From contig OX597817.1 of NCBI GenBank assembly GCA_951406725.2, positions 106,392,001 to 106,456,000 on the forward strand: DNA of 64,000 bases. The letters run 5' to 3'. This document shows positions 55,918-64,000 of the stretch, piece after piece. The first letter of the stretch is position 1, and the number at the start of each line of letters is the position of its first letter. The position numbers and the translations under genes were made by a program. The notes below the pieces were generated by a model. It did no database searches. It was not told where the DNA came from and was given only the letters and a program-made list of their open reading frames with translations. The stretch comes from Octopus vulgaris (lineage: Eukaryota).

Positions 55918-57254
55918 TTCCTTCGAGTAAAACCACCAATAGAAGAAAATATGACCAAAGACTGCGTGTACTCCATCCCAGCTTTGGTCGGCCATAGATT
56001 ATAATAGAAGATACTTCCCAAGTTGCCACGCAGTGAGAATGAATTTAGAACCATGTGGTTAGGAAGTAAAACCTGTTACCATACAGCTACGCTTGCTCTG
56101 GACACGTATCATTTAGCGTAAGGCTCTGGTTGATCTAAGTATTGGGAGTGGAATTGGATAAGAGGGAAAGCCTGTTGAATTGATCGTACCTGTTATTCTA
56201 AAATTCAATTTAGCCTAAGAAATACGCTTAGAGTACACGTGTCTGTGAAACTCAGCTTCTTAACACGTTTAATTTAACGAGTAGGTAGGTAGTTCAGTCG
56301 ATCGAATAACCGATAGCGCATCGTCGAAACCGATGGGGGTCCCATCATGTTAGCTAATGTGTTTATGGCCACGTGCAACGGGGAGGGAGGGAGGAAGAGA
56401 GAGAAAGAGAAAACAGAGAATATAAAAGTAGAATAAATGTACCAAAGTGGGTGATGAAGGGAGGGGGTATGGATGACTGTGGAGATATGAACTGATTGTA
56501 AGTGGAAGAGAGAAAGAGAGGGCATGAGTTTAAAGAAATAAGTAGATATAGTGGGTAAGTAAAAAAAAAAAAGCTAAAACATACGAGTGAAGGAGAAAAA
56601 AAGAAGTGAATATGAGAGAATGACAAAGTTAGAGAAACGAAGAGAGCAAGAGAGGAAGAGACGGAGGCGAGGGAGCGAAAGATAAAGAAGGGAGAGAGTG
56701 AGATGAGGAGGTTGGTGAATCAGTGTTAAAGAGTAAAGAAATCCTGCTTGCAAATCGAAGCTTGCATAGAATAAAACGAACCAACGAATCAATTAGAACG
56801 CATCCGTTTAACATAACTGACGAAGTTGGCCCCTTCCTATCAAAATAAAAAAAGAAATGGTGGCTGCTGAAGCAATAAAAAATATAAAAAAAAAAAAAAG
56901 AGTCCCGATGTAAGTGTTAAGCTATAGTAATGTTAGAGAGGAATTTAGAAATAAGTACCGAGGAAAAAGTGTAACAAAATACTCTGGTAACAGGTAACAA
57001 CACCTACTACTGAACTGTTATTTAGAATAGCCTGCTACTATATTAAGGCAAAAGAATTACTGTACACAGATCAGATGTTTGCATAAGTTTCAACTGGCTG
57101 CCGAGGTCATCGGCAAAAGTAGTCTAACTGTATTGTCAGGTCTGCTTATTGATTCCCGTGTCTTTTCTTCGGGCTTACGCCAAAGGTTTAGCTTCTGTTT
57201 AGCTGGAAAATGGAAGCTTGTGTACACATAAGAGTGTATGTACGTATGTACGTA

Positions 57255-57312
<58 letters not shown>

Positions 57313-57626
57313 CGCGCGCGTGTGTGCGTGCGCGCGCGTGTGTGTGTACGTATCTGTGTATGGATATATACGTATGAATGTGTACTCTTGTCTTGGCTGA
57401 CTAACTATCTGGGGGATAGAAGACTCTTAGAAGAATACACAAAGTGAGAGTGAGAGAGAAAGAGGGGAGAGAGATTTTTTAGAAGACTAGTTTACCGAGT
57501 AAAGTTTTGGCAGCTTCCTTTCCACTTTGTTGCCCGTCATTATATGTACATAAAACGAAAGATCGTCATGTGTGTGTGTGTGTACGTATGTACATACGAA
57601 CATATGTATGTATTGTGTATGTGTAT

Positions 57627-58001
57627 CAGCGTAGCTAGAGTGTGTGCCGCCTGGGGCGGCCCTTCTGTTTTCCACTTTCCGGCCCCCCACCCCCAAAAAA
57701 CACATTGCCTGCAGTAGATCTAAAAGTGCTGCCTCTTCAAAAATGCCGCCCCTACTGCCCCAGCCCCCAGCCACGCTAGTGTGTATGTACCTGTGTACGT
57801 TCGTATTTATATGTATTTGTATATATATCAATGCTCCGCAACCGGTATGCCGCGGCACACTAGTGTGCCACGAGACCATCCTAGGTGTGCCGCAGTGAAA
57901 CCTGAATATAATTTGTCTATACTTAGACAAATTATACTTAGTTCAGATGTGCCGCCAAATTTTGAAAAGAAGATAAGTGTACTGCAAGTGAAGAAAGCAC
58001 T
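57627..58001. mobile_element. Two adjacent hAT-type MITE remnants (~57627-57781 and 57829-58001)
   Basis: agcgtagct...agccacgct termini; caatgct...agcactg with repeated gtgtgccgc. Confidence 0.45.
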
Positions 58002-58703
58002 GGTATGTATGTATGTATGTATGTATGTATGTATGTATGTATGTATGTATGCATGCATGTAGGTGTGTGTATCTGTATAGTCAGAGCGTCGAATAAATTG
58101 CCTTGTGGTATTTGCTGCGATGCTTTTTGTTCTGCGTTCAAATCACAACGAAGTCAAATCCAAGGACCACTATTTAAAGCACCAGTATGTGTGAAGCGGG
58201 TGGGACAGAAAAAGAGATTTAATCGACTACGAATCAGTAGCGGGAGTACATAAGCTCGAGAATAGGAGCTGCGCTTGCACCCCTAAATTAAAATTTTTCT
58301 TGTCGAAATTTTTTTTAATGAAAATGCTTTAAACATCCTCCTGAAAAATTGGGTTTGCACCCACTAAAAGGATTTCGTTCCCGTACTTATGCCAGAGTGC
58401 GTAAGACTGTCTGACAGTGTCTTCAACTTATGGTATCTCCTGCAAGGACACTGGTACCAAGGTGTAATGAACCTTGCCTTTCTCTTTGGATATCGTGTGC
58501 ATCGTGGAAAAGAGGGGCTTGCAGTATGGGCAACTAGTTATCTTTATACAACCTTGTCCAGGTCTGTAGCCTTGAGATTCGTTTGCCATCTCACCGTGGT
58601 ACTACCTAATCAGACTAAAAGCAACTTTCCAGATGCAAATCCGCGGCTTCACGTAATGTAATAGATACCAAAGAAGAGAAACAATTGCATAATTATCTGT
58701 ATG

Positions 58704-58771
<68 letters not shown>

Positions 58772-58774
<3 letters not shown>

Positions 58775-59157
58775 GTAAAAAAATACAAACTGGGACAGGA
58801 ACGCAAAACATTTAGAAGACGATACAAAAAGCCTTCAATCTTCAGTCAAGAACTGGATCATCTTCGCAATTTCGGCTGATTAATCTTGAGATTGCTCCGA
58901 TCTGGCCAGCCCCAAAGGAAAATCTAAGCCAAGCGCATTAGATTCCTTGGAAGAAAGCCTCCAAGGACTCTAATGCGCTTGGCTTAGATTTTCCTTTGGG
59001 GCTGGCCAGATCGGAACAATCTCAAGATTAATCAGCCGAAATTGCGAATATGATCCGGTTCTTGACTGAAGATTGTAGGCTTCGAATGTCCTGTCCGTTT
59101 TTTGTATCGTCTTCTAAATGTTTTGCGTTCCTGTCCCAGTTTGTATTTTTTTACATA
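58772..59157. mobile_element. Fold-back element (~180-200-bp arms, 8-nt spacer 58952-58959), probable PLE derivative
   Basis: Near-perfect inverted repeat flanked by (TA)n. Confidence 0.8.
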
Positions 59158-59190
59158 TACATATATATAGCGACGTCCGTACCCCTTTTG

Positions 59191-59243
<53 letters not shown>

Positions 59244-59349
59244 AAGATACAAGTGACGATATAAACCCGGAGGGATAAAAATATCCAAGATTAGACTGGT
59301 TGAATGGCTAATAAAGCAGGCACATACATATATAGTATTATTAATATTA

Positions 59350-60212
59350 TACAAAAGAAGAGAGAAGATAGAGATAAGATTTTAAAAATTTATTAACATT
59401 GACAAGACCAGACCTACAATTGTTTCAATTCATCAATTGCAGCATAAAAATTAACCAAATTTAATTGAATTTCACTAAATTAATTTGGTTAATTACTACA
59501 TGTGAGAATATATTCAGGGAAGGATGCGTTCTTCTTCTATCCGAATATATGGAAGCTCATTTAAGCACAATTACTTCTACTTTCTATTTTCCCTTAATCT
59601 TCATATATTCTCCCTTTATCTTCTTATTAATTAATAATTTTATTACTTTCTAGTATATTAACCTTACTTAGCCTTATATATGTGTGTGTATGTGTGTATA
59701 TATGTATATATATGCATATGTATGTATATGTGTATATGTGTGAGAGAGAAAGTGGGTGTACATGTATTACATGCATATATGTATATATGTTTATATTGAA
59801 TACCTAATTATTTCACTACTCTGCTCCCATAATTTAATAAACAGTCTATTGTTTTTTACACATCATCACTATTTTTCGTATTTTGCAAAGATATGTCTGC
59901 ATTATCATTATTTATATTAATTTACGACTAACTATATATTTTTATAACTGTATTTATTTTTATAACTATATATATTTTCAACTATTCTTCCTGTTTTTAT
60001 GTTTTCATTTTGTTTTAAATATAAGTTTCTTTGTGCATCCTTCCCTGAAGATCTTCTCACTTGAAATAATTAACCAAATTAATTTAGTTAAATTAAATTA
60101 CATTTAGTTAATTTTTATGCTACAAGTGATGAATTGAGACAATTGTAGGTCTTGTCTGGTCAATGTTAATAAACTTTTATTAATCTTTTCTCCATCTTCT
60201 CTCTTGTTTTGT
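59350..60212. mobile_element. Older fold-back element (arms 59350-59527 and 60035-60212) with hammerhead family D
   Basis: Diverged inverted arms; cc-CTGAAGA...GA[A/G]AC-AATT-GTA-gg. Confidence 0.65.
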
Positions 60213-60475
60213 GTATATATATATATATACACACACACACACATTCATACGTATGTATGTATGAATGTATACTCACACAGACACGCAGACATACACACAT
60301 TAATACACACACATATATCTATCTGAATGTGTCTTTTAATGTTGTGTATTTATGTACATATGTATGATGCAAGTGTATTCATATTTTGATTATACAGATG
60401 CTATATATAATCTCGAGAAAACGTAGAGTTAACTAGTTGGCTAGCTAGCTAGACAGACAGAAGAACGGACGGACG

Positions 60476-60646
<171 letters not shown>

Positions 60647-60722
60647 CGGTATGTAGGTAACTAAACAGATGGATGGATATGCAATATTTCATTTCTTTCA
60701 TACCAAAGCCAAATACTCCCCA

Positions 60723-60771
<49 letters not shown>

Positions 60772-62977
60772 GAACATCACAAAGTGACGGTTTCTAAGAC
60801 CTAAATTTTACGTCTCTGTAACTTCTTGGAAGTCTTACAGAAGCATCAACTAACAGGGAAGTTCATGAAGACAGCTTGTATTTGCACAACAAATAATAAC
60901 TCCGAATTTAATATTTCAATAAATATTTGAACAGCTGCTTGTTTTCTTTGCATTTTATCAAACTCCATAAATCGGGAGTGTTTAGAACGCCATCACTATT
61001 TAACTTTCCTCTTGCACTTCACCCCCGCTAAAATTCTCAGTCTAGTCTTTATTCTTTGAGAATCTGAAAACGTCAGAGACCGCTCAGTTATATTCTTTTT
61101 TTCTTTTCTCTTCATTTTTTTTAATATAGATTCGCTACTTCAGCTGTAGGCGTCTAAAAAAGACTAAGAGTATAAATGAGGATGGCTTGGAGAAAAAGAC
61201 ACGTTCTAGCGACCTCAGATTTCTTCATGTACGTAGGATATTCATTATCGAAACCACTTCGTCTGGATCTGACCTTTGTTCTCCGCCTAATGGATGACCA
61301 AAAGTCTTTTACTTGATTAACAACCTGCAGCTCCGGAGTAAGTTGAGGATAAGCACAAGGTTAAAGTGTTGTAAAGAGCTCACTTTCCGTTTCCAATTGA
61401 GCAAAGCATTTTAATCTGTTTTGGGGATGACAAGAGTGTGTACAAGAGCCTTTATGTTGAAGTGAGAACCGATTTTAGCAAAAGAGAGTGGTTCAGTTTT
61501 CCTAGACGGATTAGAGGTTGCTAATTCTTCGGCTTTAAATATTGAGCTAAGCAGCGGCTGGGAATCTAACTTCTATAGAACTGTAATTTCATTATAATTG
61601 ATGGGTAAGACGAAATAAGGGGTAAGGGTTGAATCTGGATAGCGATGAAGAAATGAGGTAACAAAGCCACCATGCATTATGTAGAGGACCACTTGTTTGA
61701 GATTGGGCCCTAGTAACATTACCGAAAAAAGAAATGGAGACGTAATGGAAAGATCCATTGACTTAGATGGTAATAACGAAGTTTGCCCTTGTCCTGTGTA
61801 GCAATATTGGACCTGCAGAAATTAGATTTGAACATTGATATATTTAAAGAAAGAAAGGGGGACCGTTATCGCATGGTCAGAGCTGTAATTGACTGAGGTT
61901 TAGTTGAAGGTGGATTGAAAGGCAGCCCAAAACTGAGTACAAAAAAGGACAACCAGTTTGTCAAATCTAACTGAGAATTAGAGTCGAATACCTATCTGTC
62001 GAGTAATTGTGTTAAGCCCCTTCGTAAATTTAGTCCTATACTTGATTCCAGTACTTTGTTCTGAGAAATATTTAACCAAGTTGAAGTGCTTAGTATTCCT
62101 CTTTCTATAAAAGTGTTAGGTCCCATGATCAGGAGCTGCCTACAGTCAGTGTTGTATTTGCATGTTTTGGCTGTTTTGTATCCGCATGTTCTGAAAGAAG
62201 GGATGTGCTGACGCTAATCTTGGAAATTGAGCAGAAGCTGTCGTCTTTATTGGTATTTTCAACAGCTGCTTCCTTTCAACCAGAATCAGCCGTGAATCAA
62301 GTGTAAAGCGAGGAGGGTGGGAACAAGACTAGAATGTTAAGAGCATCACTTTCCATTACTCGTTGAGCAAAAGCTGTCAATGTTGTTCTCTTAAGAACGT
62401 GACAATAGAAATGATGCATGTTCTCATCGTAGTAAAATAAGATAGCTTTTTTATTAAGTGAATTGTTAGGCATTACAAACATGGCAATAGCCGTATTTAA
62501 AAATCTAACAATTAATTGTTGAGTTCTATCAGTGCTTTGTGGCTATGAGTTTTTTAAGAAAGACATCACGTTAAAAACGACTTGTTGCTGCCTATCAGTC
62601 CAAAATTCACATTAACGCGTACAAACACGTTACAGTGAAAATTGCCAACATCTAGTCAAAACATATCACTACCCTACTTGATTTTATTTTTTTTCTAGAA
62701 ATATAGTTTAAAATTAACCTCTTTCGTTAAACGCATGTAGTTCACTTCAAATGTCAGAATTATAATTTCGCAATGGGTGACGTTAGTTGGAAATAGGTTG
62801 TTCTTACCACAGTAACAAATGTTTGTTTCAGTCAAAGATGCCTTTATATGTATATATAATAGAGCCTCTTATGTAGTCTTGTTAAAACACGCAAGTGCCC
62901 ACACACATAAATATACAGACCTCCATATATACATTCATGTACGCGTGCACAGAGAGATATACGAAACGTACTCATGC

Positions 62978-63032
<55 letters not shown>

Positions 63033-63126
63033 TATATACATATATATATACATATATATATATACATATATACACACATGTATGTATGTATGTATGTATG
63101 TATGTATGTATGTATGTATGTATGTA

Positions 63127-63500
63127 TAGGCGCAGGAGTGGCTGTGTGGTAAGTAGCTTGCTTACCATCAACATGTTCAAACCCCTACGTGGCACCTTGA
63201 GCAAGTGTCTTCTACTATAGCCTCGAGCCGACCAAAGCCTTGTGAGTGGATTTGGTAGATGGAAACTGATAGAAGCCCGTCGTTTGTGTGTGTTTGTGTG
63301 TCTGTGTTTCCCCCACCATCGCTTGACAACCGATGCTGGTGTGTTTACGTCCCCGTAACTTAGCAGTTCGGCAAAAAGAGACCGATAGAATAAGTACTAG
63401 GTTTACAAAGAATAAGCCCTGGGGCTGGTTTGTTCGACTAAAGGCGGTGCTCCAGCATGGCCACAATCAAATGACTGGAGCAAATAAAAGAATAAAAGAA
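63127..63500 (+). mobile_element. SINE family 1 copy
   Basis: Similarity to other copies. Confidence 0.88.
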
Positions 63501-63503
63501 TAT

Positions 63504-63547
<44 letters not shown>

Positions 63548-63631
63548 GTGTGTGTGTTTGTATGTATACATTGCATATGTATATATATATATATGAATAA
63601 AAGAATGCATACATATGTGTGTGTATGTGTG

Positions 63632-63705
<74 letters not shown>

Positions 63706-64000
63706 CAAGCAAGCAAGCTTACATTGTTGCTTACTTGCTTACTTGGCTATGGTGCATACAAATAGAACGGAGAAAAGTGAGAGGGGAGAGAGAGAGAGAA
63801 CATCCATAAATACATCTATTAATTCTTTATGTTCATACATGCTTTCATTATGTGTTTGTGAATGTGTAGGTTGAGTACATACAAATTACACCAAGTAATT
63901 TGTTCCAGCAGTAAACAGTCGATTGACTCGTACTGTATTTTATTGGGACATGTTGATGTTAGAAGGAAATAAGACTTTGATGGCTTTGATCAGGTTTGCG

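Overview
AT-rich eukaryotic intergenic or intronic DNA with no confidently identifiable host gene. The repeat families resemble those I recall from coleoid cephalopods (octopus-like; inference). The window is dominated by microsatellites, two abundant tRNA-type SINE families, decayed LINEs (RTE, Tx1/L1), DNA transposon remnants (Tc1, mariner, hAT, MITEs) and a tRNA-Phe pseudogene. The most notable signal is a recurring architecture of fold-back (inverted) elements built from Penelope-like element (PLE) termini. In four of them each arm carries a type I hammerhead ribozyme motif pointing outward, and a fifth has a non-canonical motif. They range from a ~1.9-kb, near-perfect palindrome encoding a Naiad-type GIY-YIG endonuclease (25151-27105) down to a 211-bp hairpin that is little more than two hammerheads (38027-38237). 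At least four unrelated hammerhead sequence families occur. All calls are by-eye reading; no searches were run.
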